DNA of 64,000 nt, from assembly GCA_036172245.1 (NCBI GenBank), contig JAYWIR010000015.1, positions 4,092,001 to 4,156,000 of the forward strand, given 5' to 3'. Made by a program: the position numbers and the translations under genes. This DNA comes from Raillietiella orientalis. Lineage: Eukaryota. Below, piece after piece: positions 13,250 to 27,746 of the stretch. The notes beneath the pieces are model-generated. The model saw only the letters and a list, made by a program, of their open reading frames with translations. It made no database searches and was not told where the DNA came from. Every line of letters begins with the position of its first letter. Within the stretch, counting starts at the first letter, position 1.

Positions 13250-16070
13250 GTTATTGGTTCTTTCGCACAGCTAATAAGTCGCCTTTAGACAAGAAGCATT
13301 GTTCTGGAAGTTGTGCTTGTCGACAAGCAAATTTCCTTTACTGTTGACACGGGTATCAAGCGGGGACGAAAAATTTTCTCAGAAAAAGGTTCTGTAAGGG
13401 TTGGTAAAGGAGCTACCATTTATACTGCATGCTCAGAGAGAGACATTCAATTGGCTTTCCATGGAATTTCAAGTCTTCCACAACCGAATGAACCAGTTAG
13501 GGATACTGATGATCTTGTTTCTTTGGGACCATTCTTGTACTCTCGCATGTCTTGCATCCTCATACTTCGTGTGCCTTCTCATAATCTTCTTATTCTTATT
13601 CTTGCACAGATCTCTCACAAGAATTTTTCCCACGGACCGTTTTAAAACCGTTCCATAACTCTTCCTGAATAATTTTTTCTGCAAAAAAAAAACGAACAAA
13701 GGTGACCATCTATGTTGGACGAATTTCTGTCTTATATGGCACTCCAGAAAGAAAGAGTATCCGAACAGCGGCGGCGACGAGTAGCGCTATGCTGCATGGA
13801 GCTTGAAAATAAAAGACAAAGCTCGCCCTCGAATCCTTCCGAGGTTTTTCAGACCTCTGAGCAGATTCTTAAAGTGTGCAAACGAAACCCGAAAGGCATG
13901 CAGCATTATCATAATGTGTTTTTGGAAGTTAAAGGTGTTTTGTTGGAAGCTCCTCACTGCCATTTTAGTTGTTGACATTGCAAAATGTTCCCACAATGAA
14001 CAAACAAAGCTTTCAGTTCCTTCAGACAGGCAATGGATGGATATCTTTGCAGCGATTTGCCTGTTTCCTGTTTCCCTCTTTTTCATCGACTCCAGAGAAC
14101 ATTTACTCCGTGGTGTTTAGGATATTCACAACGATCGATGCAGAGGGAATGTCCAAAGAAAAGAAAATTTCCCATTTAGGGTCAGGTTTGTGCTAATGAT
14201 GGTGTTATTTAGATGTCAGTAGTGGAAAAGGAGCATTCTGTTCATTATTCACTAAAACACCAAATTTGTAGCTCCAGAGCGCCCACTTTCTGAATATCAC
14301 AAGACCTGAAGATGAAAATCATCCCATTGGGAAACAAATGAATGCTGCTTCAAGTGCTTCATAATTCCTGGTACATGAGGTATCTTTAAGTATTTCACGT
14401 CATGACCAGTTCTCAATTATTACATTATGCCCAGAGATAGCTGGCTGGAAAAGACTGGTAAACAAAGACGATAGTTGGTACCATTCAAGACAAACAGCTC
14501 TTCTATAAATGAAGGCACGAACTGAAGAGAAATTTGGCAGATGTACTCCCGTGAGCGACGTCCTCCCTTTCAGAGATCAGGTGGCAAAAAAGATAAAGGT
14601 TTCCGTTGCACTGGTTCTTGAGACAGCCAGTTTCCTTTATCAATACAGAATCCTTTGCTGTCTCGTGCCCCAAGCGTGTTTCGAGATTTCCTAGAAAAGC
14701 ACTCTACTGAGCTTCCCGCAGCCATTCCCGAGAGTCCAAGCTTTTTGTGGTCTGAAAAAAAAAAGGGTTCTTTGAGCAGCCAAGTTCTTTGATTAATCTC
14801 CCGCTGCTCCGAAGGAATGTTTGCACCAGGGGTCATCGCTACACCTCAGCAAGGCCCTCTTTGTTGTGCAAACTATATGAAAGTTTGAAACTTAAGAAAA
14901 CAAGACACGGGCCTCCCAGTTCGTGTACCCACGAGAGATGGCTCTCTGGAAAGCGCATCTTGAGACCCTATAGGCCGAACCCTTTTACGCCTTGCGAACA
15001 CATTAGCCATTCAGGGAAAGAGTGAGCTTCCTTCCTTGCTAGCAAAACTTTTTAGCCATCCAGAATCCAGTCATAGTTAACCACAATAGCTAACCTAAGA
15101 GTAGGAACCACGATAAATTGGGAGTAGAAGTTGTCTTTTCGGAGACGAATAATGAAGTTTTCCTTTGAAGGAAAGGTGATGCTTCCTCCCTCAAATTCCG
15201 TGATGTCACGTTTGGAGATGCATCATCTCTGAAAACATCCTAAGCTCTCACTTCTCTTCAAACGAACTTTTGTCTGTAAGCGAATCAGCTCTCTGATGGG
15301 AACGCTGTCGTTTTCTATCTATCGTATCCTATGGATCTCGTCCTTCGAATGCATCCTCGCGGAGTTTGACAGGTTTGACTCGATAAAAAAGAATGAGGAC
15401 ACAAGATTTCGAAGAGGATAGATTTTAGCCTCCCAACTGACTTTCTTCTCTCTCCTTTTCAAGGCGTAACACCTTTCGACTTTCTCAGTAACAAAGCAGT
15501 TAATCCATCGATAATCACGCCACGAATAACACATCAATGAAGTAGGAAAAATGAGGCAATTCATAACTCCGCTTCCCTCGACAATTTTCAATTACCTTCC
15601 AGAACCTCCATCTGCACTGTGTTCGACTTTACCCAAGCTCCAAACACACGGGCACACTCCCATTTCAAAGAGGCAGCTCTTGGTGCCCTTTCGTTGACTA
15701 CCTCCCAGTAATGAGACTACCATTCTGAATGTTACCGAAATCCCTACGTCAGTGTGTCTCTCTGCTAGCTGCATTGTCATAGGACCATGCTGAACTTTTC
15801 GACGAGATGAGAGAATCTGCCAGGGAGTCACCGATAACCACTCTTTGCAGTTAGGACAACTTCTCCGCGTTTTAGAACTCCCCGTGCTCGAAAGTTCTCC
15901 TTTTTTGCGCACCCATGTTTCCAAATCTGTCTTCCGGAGAGCGACTGTGATTGTTGCTATGGAACTGACTTCCTCCAGAATCAGACAATGAACGGTTCTT
16001 ATGCAGCCCTTATCGAAGGAAGCCATACTTTTCCTGATTTGATGGGCACTTTTACCAACATTCAATCTCT
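13250..16070 (-). mobile_element. Decayed L1-like ORF2 (APE endonuclease to RT)
   Basis: Ordered motif remnants on minus strand: CLILEEV (QE motif region, ~15980), KIYP (IYAP-like, ~15420), and WK..SL plus F.P.R-like pieces near 13450-13350. Confidence 0.3.
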
Positions 16071-17399
16071 GTTCGGTTCCTTACAGAAAGTCGGAAGCTT
16101 TAGGCAAGCGTCAAGAAAATGCTACAGGAGCTGTGGATTACGGGCAGAAGACCGAATTGATAAGTACATGAGGTGGGCATCAACTTCAAGAGTGCGAGGG
16201 AAAAGCAAAATGCTCCAGACAAATGATGGCGGAATCATTAGAAAATCCGGAGCGACTAATGCAATGTTTGTGACCGGCGTCCTTAATAATTCATCCCTTC
16301 CTCATCTAGATGAAGGGATGTTCATGATCCAAGTGTGTAATGGAGCTATTAAGAAAGATATTATTTGAGTTCTTGGAAAACATTTCTAAGAAAGAGCTCA
16401 AAATTAAACTCAAGACGAGTGCTTTGGATATGTGTGTTGACATTAGCTTCTCGTCTAACTATTCATGCCAGGTACTTAATGATGACGTCGGGAATCGAAC
16501 GCACTTTATGCATGTATCGAAAATCGGTCATTTGTTTTTCGGTAAAATTTTAATCATTAAGAATGAATGAAAAGGGTTCTCTTGTTTGAATTCTTATTCA
16601 TATTTTGCGATAGCAGTTGATACAGATGCAACAGTTCACAGAAATCCAAGTGCACTCAACCTCAGAATCTCCACGAAACTACTCCGAGTGGAAAGACGAG
16701 CAGAATGACGCGTTAGCAGCTTCTGACAACGAGCGTTCGACATATGGACCAAAGCACGACGCCTTTTAGAAGTGAAGAAAATACTCGTATGAATCAGAGA
16801 CATACATTGAAACAGACTCTTCTTAATACGCGTTGTGATCCGTTCTTTTAAAGAGTTCATAGAGTACATACGTTTCTGCTTATGGGTAGCAAAGTGACGA
16901 ATATCGGTATGCAATGCTCAGGCCAGCTGCATGGATAAAATTAAATAAGAATTATCTGCTGCTGCTTCACTATAGATAGTGACATTTTCGCGAAATCCAT
17001 TTGGCAGAAGGATGTGTGTGCTTTATTTCGCAAATTCATTCTCTATACAATTGTGATTATTAATCTTCGGACCGGGTGGCAACACTGCAGCTAAAAATAG
17101 ATGAAATGGAAAGTCATAAAACCAGAAACTCTTCAGGACCGTTATAGAAAGGAGTCTGATAAAAATTCGAGTTGGGTGCCTCGGGAAAATCAAAATTCGA
17201 ATCGCAATTTTTGAGAAGGGTTCCAAGTTTTCCAAGGAATCGAGAAAATAAACCACGATCTGATTAAATTTCTTCTGCTGTCAGTTCGCGACTCTTGGAT
17301 GAAGCTCGAAAGGGAAAGAAAAAAAAGTATGACTGGGAACTTCAAAAATGGAAGCAAAATCAAAGGATGGATGCTCCTGACATTCGTTTTCTGATACCG

Positions 17400-19300
17400 G
17401 AAAGCCTAACCGAGATTGATGTTCGTAATAGAAGAAGGGGATTTAATTCGGACTCACCAAAACGTGCGCGTTTGTAGCTATTTCGGAAGCACCGTAATTC
17501 TTATGCTGCTTAAGATGGGGGACTTCAATAGCAAATTACGATCAGGAAAGCACCATCAATTTCAGAATGGGCTTCCCCGAATATTCTGGACGCGGGAAGT
17601 GGCCAGGATTCGAAAGTTTCAGTTGTCCGCGGAAAGCAACGTATGGCACTCTCAATTGTCTACAAATCATCAACGAAATGGTTCATTCAACGGAAGCTTT
17701 CAAACTATAAGGAAGATTTGCGACAAGAAATTTTCTGGATGCCACGTACTTGGAGTTTCTTTGGAGATAATTCAGAGCCTTCCATGCATTGAGGATAAAA
17801 CCATCACAGAATCTCCTATTGCTTGACTACTTTTTGTATAACTGGTTGAGGATTTTCTTCCATGTACTGATTTAGTGCTTCCTCACTCAATGATATCGAG
17901 GGAGATATTTTTCCGGTGCCCATTCGAATTCAGGTTACTCAAAAATTCATTCTTTCCAGCAGCCCAATCACATGGGCTGAAGAGTTTGCCTCCGTTTCCT
18001 AAGTACACTTTTGCAAAGTGCATGCTGATGATCACTTGAACGGAGTGCCATAGGAGAGAGGCAGAAAATGAGGAAATGGTGTATCTCTCGTAATCATTGA
18101 AAGGCACTCCATTTGAGCTGACTGAAATGGTGGAAACCTCACTTTAAATTTTTTTTTGGATGAAACAGCAGGGAAGAATTTTCACAAAAGTCATCCTGAG
18201 GATTATTGAGTTTAGGGAATCCATTTATCTGACCTGCTGAGAGCTTGTCTGGATTCTCGGCTACTGTGCTTCACAGTTGCATTTATGGGTACACAATGAA
18301 TAGTCGCTTGTCTCCTTAGCCGCTAACATTTCATTAGTTAAGTTATGCGTTGGTCGCAATAGATAATCAATGATCCCCAGGCTATATGTAACCTCATTTG
18401 GTGTCATTTGAAAATTCACACTCCTCCAAACCATCCCTAATGATGCATGCTATTTTCCGTGCACTTGGTCATCTGCTGCAAATGCAAGAATACAGGTAAC
18501 AGAGCCCATCTCCAGCTTCGATTGGTCCTTTTTCGATTTAATGACGCTTTATTTGATGTCAGGAACGTTCATTGAGAAGAGAGAGAAACGTACATGCAAC
18601 TTCATGGTGCTTCTTCATATTCTCTAGGGAGATTGGTGAATGAAGGGATATTCAGCTCCTGTTTCCGAGATTTTTAAATTGCTTTTCTGAAATCAGATGT
18701 TACGTTGGGCATCCTTAATTAAAGTCATCAGAGACTATATTGTATAATTACAAACTTTCTTGCTGTTGAGTTACTGAATAGGCATTTTAGATGAAGCAGC
18801 GAAATCATAAAGTAGGTTCTTAATCAAGGAAACATAATAAAGGCGATCGTTGCATCTATTGCTTTCTTGGGCATGTCGTCAGATGCTCTAAGAAGTCAGT
18901 CCCCCTATTCCTCTGTGTTTACTACCTGCACACATACCTCCACGATCGATTAAGATGATCTTGCATGTCTGAAAATGCTTAACATGTGTTTTGCTAGAGA
19001 CTGTATTTGTGTGCTGCATTCTATACTTTCCCTTATCAGCTGACCGGACTTACATGGGCCCCAAATGCAGGTAACAGTGAATGCTCAGCTCGTAATTTCT
19101 CGGTTTCTCAGGTAGGTGAGCGTGCACACAGAGTCACCTCATTTGAGAATCTTATTACTTCTCCCTCATCTTATGGGTTATTGTAAATTCATCTCTTTGC
19201 TCCTAGTTGTGACTTCTGTTAGGTCTCCTGCTGATTGGGTATAGCAGTCGGTGAAACATCTTGTGAGTTTGGGCAAGGCGGTGCATGCCTACATCCCTTT
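17400..19300 (+). mobile_element. Decayed LINE ORF2 with APE endonuclease GDFN motif
   Basis: ORF 17416-17826 contains VILMLLKMGDFNSK. Downstream sequence is broken by stops. Confidence 0.35.
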
Positions 19301-22300
19301 TCTCATCTTGGCCACAATGTTAGTGGTATGCATGACGTATGCATACCGCGAATATCGTGACCACATGTATAAAAGTATTTTTAAAGTGAAGAAAGTTATT
19401 GCTTGAATCAGAATTTTGATTTACGGATGTAGAGAAAGAAGAACATGTTTCACTAAGAACCTGTGAGTTCGTGCTCTGTCCTTCAATTCTCTCTGCACTC
19501 TTCATTATCTGAACAGCCCCAGTTTTTTTTTTTTATACTAATTTATCTCGGCATGAATCCTTCAGTGCATCCGCAATCAAGATGCACTTCACAAAAGGGA
19601 CGCACTGAACTACTCTGAGATTGCATTCGAGTATATGGATGCAACTCTGCATAGAAATAGGATTCGAACGCAAGAAAATCTTGGGACGATGGATTGGTTT
19701 AATTAGAGTATCCAGCAAAGATCAACCATCCTTCTTGCAGGACTTTTGACAGCTCGTTATAAAATTCATGTATCCGAAGATGCATGTAGTGTAGGGAAGG
19801 GTATCTGCTATACGATAGGACCCTTCCTGATGTGAAGCATTTCAAGGGATTGCGTCTTGCTATTAAATAGAGTTATTAATGAAGATTTATCCTCTGAGAA
19901 GCACATTGCGAAAGTTAAAATAATCACTCTATTCGCATATGCAGGTCTTATCAAATTAAACTTAGTTAACGTATCTGCATAATTTTCTGAGATGCTGCTG
20001 TGTGCCCAATTCATTTAAGAAGTTCTGTGGAAATACTCCTGTCGCCATTCCTTGAGCATTAGCAAAAATTGCCACATTCTTTCTTGGATTTATTATTCAA
20101 TAGGTTGAAGTTGCTGAAAGGTTAACTGATTAAGATAGCCTATCTCTTTAGTTTTAACAACGGTAGTTTTCAAGCTTTCAAGAGTGCTGAAGTTTTTTCT
20201 CTGGAGTCCACAGGCTTCCTCTTCTATGTCAACTGTTTACGTGCAAGAAGTGTTCTTTACATGGGGTAATGGAGCTGGTTAATGAGATGACACTTATCGA
20301 CTTGGATGCACCTTAGTCAACATGAGATTAGATTAAGTATTTGAATCAAACGGATCCTAAAATTCTCGGTAGCATTTTTCCAAAGAACAGCACATCCAGA
20401 ACCGCCAAAGTTCTGCTCACGAAACGTTTCCTTCTCAAATTGGTAGAGGTTCCAGATGCGTAAACACAAATTCCCTTTCTGGTAGCCAAGGTTTCGATCA
20501 GATCAGAGGTTAGTTAGATGCGTAGCAATGGGGAAACTGATTTGTTGCATTACCATGTACCCCCATCGCAAATCTCTAGCCATCTTCTGGATCTCTGATT
20601 GAAAGAAACCGCACAATATCCCCGTCAAAAATGGAAAGAAAAAAAAACATACTTAGACAGACATAGGCAATAGACATCTATGAGTGATTCGAGATCTATA
20701 GATGTCATTCCGTGACTTTCAAATTTCAAGTCTGAGAAGTTATGAGCTCAATGGATCCTCAAGCTGTTCCTTATGTAGGATTACTATCATTTAGTCGACA
20801 GTTGAAGAAGTCACAATGATTCTTAAGTTGTGCGCCCTCTAAAGCTACAACCTTTGAAGCAGGAATTAATTAAGATATTATTCGATTTCAGTGGTAAAGG
20901 TGCCGTATTTAAAATATGCTGAGAAGATTTTACGTTATTATGCGAGCTCGGGAAAGTGTCGCCCCTCAGATTTCACAACGACACGAAAGATGATCGAAGC
21001 GAAGGAAACCAAAGATCTCACGAAGATATCCACTGAGCGCCCATTTTTCATGTCGGTGCTGTTTTCTAAAATAAAACGTGTAATGGTAGAAGAGGTACAA
21101 AGAGGCAGAGATGAAATCAGTGGAAACCACGGTCATGGGTTTGAAGTTTCCTGCTACGCAGCCATGGTCATCTGATGAATATACCAACATGAACGAAGAT
21201 TAAACTACTTCTGCTGTGTAAACAACATTTCTTTAATGACATCATCGTTTGGAGAGGAATCTAATGGCATTTTAATGAAAAGAGGGAGTGTGCTCTTCTT
21301 TTCTTCAATGAGCAAAGAACACAGTATGGTGGACAACACAAAGGACTTCCAAATGTCCAGGGGATGATGTCACCACCAGAGTTACCAATGATCCCTATGC
21401 AAAGTTCGCTGCACTTTCATCTACATCCCTACTTCTAACAAAGTCGATTTGTAATCTATACCGAAAGAAGGCGCAAAACACATCCTCTGGATGTATCTTT
21501 TTCTATGGAATTAATCCGTTGCTTTGTCTTTATTACTCTGTAACTCTATTCTTAGATCCTATTTTCTGCTCTATAAGATATCAATTTGAAATAATGTGAT
21601 TACATTGTCATGATAGGTTCATGAACAAGTCAGCCCTGCAGCTTGATTGTCCTCAAAACTCAGCAACGGAAACTCTCAGACGACATGGAAACACCGTAAG
21701 GCGGAAAATGAGGCACAAGCAAGGTTTACAAAGCAAGGTGAACATCAGTCGACGAGCTCACTTGTTTTCTGAATTGCAAATTCCATTGGTTTCCGGTAAA
21801 AAGGATTTTCATTAATCCGGAGGAAGCAAGATGGCTAGAACTCTTGTCTGCCGATTATACTCCATCTCTTTGGTCATTTGAAGCTCACCTACCTGAAGAA
21901 CATCCTGCATATCACAACTGTGGATGCCTCTCAGATCTTATGCTCACCACTGTGTAAGCCTTAACCATCTCGGAAGAATCGCTGATTTCAAAAACCAACT
22001 CCTTTCATAAATTCATAACGATCTATCCGATCGTCTCGCTTCCGCTTAATTAAAAGTTGCTGGAAACATCAAGATGATTCTCCCATAGAAACTGAAATAT
22101 CTCTAATTGAAAAGGAAATGATTTGTTCCGCAGATTTTCAGTCAAGCTGCAGAACTAGAAGTCAATGGTTCGCTTCTTCTCCCTCCCAGAGAGTTTATCA
22201 AAACTTCCTGAAGAGAACGTGAAAACAGAAAGCGATTTCCCACTTTCTGTTGCATTTACCCTCAGATTACTTCCTATTTCATGATTGCCTTGTTGAATTT

Positions 22301-25242
22301 ATCGTTTCAGCAAAATCAGTATCTGATCCACTGCATCTATTGATTTTTTAAGAGCGCATATATCCAGCCTCACATCTCAAGGGAAAAACTGTGCGAATAA
22401 TACGAAAATCCATTTTTTCAGCTCTAAGTACGGTACACTTCCGCATATAAAAAAGTGCTTATACGAAATGCACATTTCTTACTGAGAAAACCCACGTTAA
22501 AATACGATTGATTTAATTTTGAATTCTTTGAGTAACTCGTCACAAGGGAAAAAAAAACTGAAAGTTCTCTTTCCAAACATTCGGATTTTAAAAAAAAACA
22601 AAACGCACATCAGTCGTGCATCGGTTGCCAAGTCGATCAAAAAATTGCTTTTTTTATTAGTTGAGTATTTTGAGCTTCAAAGAATTTTTTAAGTCTGAGC
22701 CACAGAACAATGAGATTTCAAAGCAAGCATCAAAATAAATTCTCCAAAGGATTATTTTCAAAGGAAATAATTTTGCCATGAAGCATCCGAATCAGCTATA
22801 TTTTTCTTTCAAATCTTTCAATACGAAATTTACTCATTGAGAAAACATACATTCAGGAATATTGAATGCCACTGTGCTCTCCAACGGTTGTTTCCAACTG
22901 TAGAATTTGATTATACTCCACAAATTATTCTTTTCATTGAGCCATTCTCTGCAACGCTCACCATTCTTCTGTCGATTTCTTTAGCTTGAGTAAAGTTGGA
23001 CTTCATGTGCTATGAAGATCGCAAAATATCACTTCCAATTTTTTTAATTCGAAGTCGTGATCGATAGCAGGATTTTGCAGCAGTTCCTTGGAGTGGATGG
23101 GAAAACATTCATTCCCTCAAACTGGAATGAAACACTGATATTATTGCAAACATTTTTGGAAGGCGAGCACTTCCACGATGCAATCCTTTTTCTTGGAAAG
23201 ATGTGTTTCTCTTATTCGTCACTTCTTCCTACAAAGGGGATCAATATGAAATGTGGTAATTGAACATTTTTTTTCAAGGCGAGAAATAGCAGACAATATG
23301 GACAACCTTGATTTCTTCATTTGCTACATCACCACATTAGAGATAAAAGCGAGTTCCTTTGCAAAGGCTAATTAAGAGATTGATCAGTTTTTATTTTAAA
23401 AAAATTCCATTGATAACCATGATTAATCTAAAAATCTGTTAATCATTGAGGATTTGTATTTATATTTTGTTGATGAGGCCACTATTTCTTCAGTTAATTA
23501 ACTATTACCAGGTGTTCGATTAGTTAGTTTAGATTGCAGTTAAGATTGCCAGGTTTCCCGTTGGTTTTAGAGGTTGACACTTCAGTCTGAACTTATGTAT
23601 CGTTACATATATGCCTGTGCTGCTGTCTGTCGTGATATTCATTACTTTTCATGTTTCGTACGAATGTCTAATTATTTGAAAAAATGTCCCAGGGGAATAG
23701 ACAAGACAACTGTTTCCTCGAACAAAAACACCAACAGGGCAAGATGTGATTACATTTGAGCAACACTTTGATTTCGAGGGGAAAGCTGTGATAGAAGAAT
23801 AAATATGGGATAAGCACTAGGAATTCATGAATTAGAAAATGCAAGATATTCGGGAACTGCCCGATTCACATCCGGACTATGACCATCAGTGAGCATTAGA
23901 AAAAAACGGCAATAGGGCAAAGGAATCGAATGATGTGCAAGAGAAGGAGTCCACTCTCAAGGGGTACGAGGACATTTTCCAAGGCGGTGGAATTTGTGAA
24001 AGGAAAACTTTTGCATGGGGATCGTAATTCTCGTCGAAGCATGCAAGTTGGCTGTCCTACGTCTGAATGAAAATCTGAAGGAAAGTGAAAAAGTTCAGTC
24101 TACTCTGTTCAAATATTTCGAAAAGCAATGAAGATACGTTTTCAGGTGTAAGATTGCCTTCACACGCAATATTCAGAATTTTCACTCTTGTTTTCACTCT
24201 CTGTTTATTGTGTTAACAATAAATTTAGATTTTGCAAATTTTTCCCTGTTTTTATTGTAATATTCCCTCGGCAAGTATGGATGAACATCGCTGAAACTTT
24301 TAATAGCCTACTATCTGTCAAGCCGGGATCAATTTCGTATTGTGCATATAATTATATGTGCGAATAGTGCGACTATTCCATGAAACGAAATATTCCCCGG
24401 TACAACCCGATAATCCATGAATCTGTTTTGTTCAGTATTTTATGACTCTTAGAAAGGCTAGGTTTAGGATTTAGGTTTAGATTTAGGATCACAAAGGTCC
24501 ACAAATATAAACAACCTCAAAGAAAAGAAATGATTGAATTCACTCAAATACCATTAAAAGTGGAAGAAACGTAAACTGCAATTCATAAAAAAACGATTCA
24601 AATAAAAAATTCCTATATACTGAAACTTCACTGTATATTAGTTTAAAAACAAACAGTTAATTTGCACACTGCCATTCATAATGAAGTTCAGCAATTCTTC
24701 TATACCAATAACGAAAATAAAGACGAAACTTGACAAGCTCTTAATTCCTAAAAGGTAACAAAAATGACTTGTTGGTTACATGGCAACCTAATTGAAACTG
24801 AATATGATAGAACAAAACTAATTTCTAGAAAAAACTGAAGATTTTCTTCATTTCAATCCTCATTCTAAACTCTTAAAATACCCATGTACAATTTGAATTT
24901 GAAATTTTGGAAAATTTACAATCTTCAAAGTTCATAACAGTGACCTGAAAAAAAGAACAGAAAATAAGGTATATGAATAACTGATATTTAAAATTTTTTA
25001 TTCCCATTCCCCTTGCATCACTTTCTCACTTGACACCGGTTCTTATAAAATTTCCAGACAATATCAAGGAATGAAATACAAGTGTTCTAACCATTGGAAT
25101 TTCTGGATGAAATATGCACTTTGACATACAACTTGGAATCACTGAGGTTTCATGATCATTAACATTTCAAAGTATCACATTTAAAATGATTCCCAAATAT
25201 TTGAATATGCTATTAAATAGTGAAGGAGAATTATTTGGATGA

Positions 25243-27746
25243 TCATTTGCAATCAATATCACAGTGATGCTGCAGTTTACTTATTTTTTCTTTCAATTCT
25301 TTCTTTTGGAATAAGCAGTCATAAAGTTCTTTTTCTAAAAACTGCTTTTGGTCTCGAAGTGCAGCTAGTTTTTCCCGGGTATTCTGCATTATAACAGTTA
25401 GGTTTTCAATATTGGTAGTGTCCAATGACCTTGAAAATGCTAATAAGTATGCATTGCTGACACTAAACTTACTTAAGAGATGTTAGAAACACTGGATCAC
25501 TGTTCTGATCAGCAGTCTGTCTAGCTATTATAAAAAAAAATTACATACTCAATTTTTCATACATAACATACCAGCATTTTCGTTTGTTGTAGACGTATCT
25601 GAATTCATCACCATATTCTGACTTTTCGATTCTGTACATAGAGCACATCCCACACCATGAAGTGACACTCTAGGAGGAACCACAGGCAAAACACAGGTTC
25701 TATCTTGAACAGGCATAAGGATTCGCTAATATTTACTCAATTTGTTTTACCTAATTTGCTAAGATCTAATGAAGAGCTGCGTGCATGACCCCGTGAAGCC
25801 AACACTGATGTGTAGATTTCTGCATTTTGTTCAGATGTCACAGTGGCACTGATATTTGACACCACACTTGGAAGAAACTAAGCAATGAATTTGTAAATCG
25901 TTGTTTAAAAAACACATATAACCTATATAATCCTGTCACAAATTATACATTTATAAGTTATCCTAATCCCCAACAAAAAATTTTCCACCATAAGGAATGA
26001 ACATCGAATTGCATGCCTTTATGACCATGCAATAATATTGTTGTAACTATTATTTGAAAACAATTTTTAAGCTTACTGCTGCTCTTCATCAGAAAGTGCG
26101 AAGTAGCCAGGTGGGGGAGGTAACAGGCCTCCAACACATGTTGCTGTGGATGGGGAGCAAATGCATTAAAATACTTTGCTGACTTCATTACCTGGACTCT
26201 TTTTTGGAGTGGGTCTTTGAATAGATTTAATTTGATCAAAAGGATCATCCTTTTTTGCTGAAAGAGAATTTCCTAATTCAAATTTGAAATTCTCTGATAG
26301 TCTGTTGCTATATGATTCAGAAATATTTTCTGATGAAGGCTGGAGAGCAGGAAAATGCTGTACACTGCAACTGTCCTGGAAGATACATTTAAAAATTAGC
26401 CTGTGAAAAATGAATTAGCTCACACTAATATCTAAATTGACCTTTATTTCAACAAATGTAAGAAGTCTGGCTACCTGATTGATTGTGTCATTTTCAGTTT
26501 CTAAATTTGGACACAATTCTTCTGATGTTATGGAGTCTTTAGGAGAATCCAAAAATCTGGTCCACTGAAAGCGAAACATTCAATATGAAGACAATAGAAC
26601 TTCAGAATGTACAGAGAAAAAAATCCCCCACTCAAAATTCACGTGTTTAAAATAACTTGTTTTGTCAGCATAATCATCAACTAAATCCGAAAAATCTCAC
26701 AAATAATGTACGCAAAATGGAAATATTTTAAAAACACTATGCCAATTCAGAAATTACAAATGAAACAAAGTCTTTTTTAATATTATCAGTATTCTATTTT
26801 TACTCTCCCAGATGCTATTAATTTACAGAATATGTGCACTAAAAAAATTTCCAAAGTTAACAAAGAAATACTGATACTCATAAATTGCGTACTCCTTTAT
26901 TTTTCACTTTATTTTCATCATTTTCAAGGGATTGTTTTTTCTGCATTTTCAAAGGATTGCTCTCTGACAATTTAACAGATTTAGGTTGTAAAGACAATGG
27001 CAAAGAATCTGGAATCTCCACTTCATTTTTCCTCAATACAATAAGATGCATGGCAATTAAAAACTCATCCAAAGACAATGCTCCATCCATTGTAATATCA
27101 GAAAGTTTCCTACATTACATGAAAGCAGACAAGGTTAGAATTCTCAATAGCACACAACACTTAGCAGCTTTCCTAATAGTATACTTACCAAATTTTGGAT
27201 AATTCATGTGCAGGAAGCTTTGATTTTTCAAAAAAATGCTTGGCTACAGCACCTGCTATTGATTTTGTTACATCCGGCTGCATTTTAATGAAGTATTTCA
27301 TATAGTACTCTCGCTGTTCTTCCTGAATTATCCACACATCAAAATCTTCATCACTGGAATGCTTATCTGAAGATTCTTCTTCAGTACCAAGCAATTGTCT
27401 TTGTTCATCACCAGCTACAAACTAATTAACAAAAATTCTTCCTGAAAGCATTGAAGCAAACCATTTTGTTGATTCCACTGAGTCATCCATATCTTATTTC
27501 CTTTTGTGCATCTCGAAGAATTTGTTGGTGTAGCTGACTCACTATCTGAACTACTAAAGTTGGATGATTCATCAAACTGAGAATTACTTTCTGATTCCTG
27601 GCATGTACAAAACAACTGTATATATGAATTTAAAAATCAGTGAGAAATTTATGATATAAAAGAAACAGTCAAGCAATCCACAAAACTGTGGAAGAAATTC
27701 ATACAATTACTCTGCATGAGTCACTTGATAGTAAAAAAGGTGCCAT
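25243..27746 (-). CDS. REPS1: RalBP1-associated Eps15-homology (EH) domain protein (REPS1/2 family), spliced
   Basis: Phase-consistent GT-AG model: 27746-27711, 27597-27462, 27414-27189, 27109-~26893, 26564-26475, 26375-26192, 26143-26077, 25866-25751, 25703-25572, 25524-25473, 25429-25243. EH domain WIIQEEQREYY...[47 protein letters not shown]. Also IQRP..KK, LLPPPP, HARSSSLDL, PVVPPR and a C-terminal coiled coil. 5' start uncertain (accATGg at 27746). Confidence 0.88.

Noticed and set aside
24459..24487. TTAGG telomere-like repeats
   Set aside because: Only a few degenerate units; more likely low-complexity or MITE-internal sequence.
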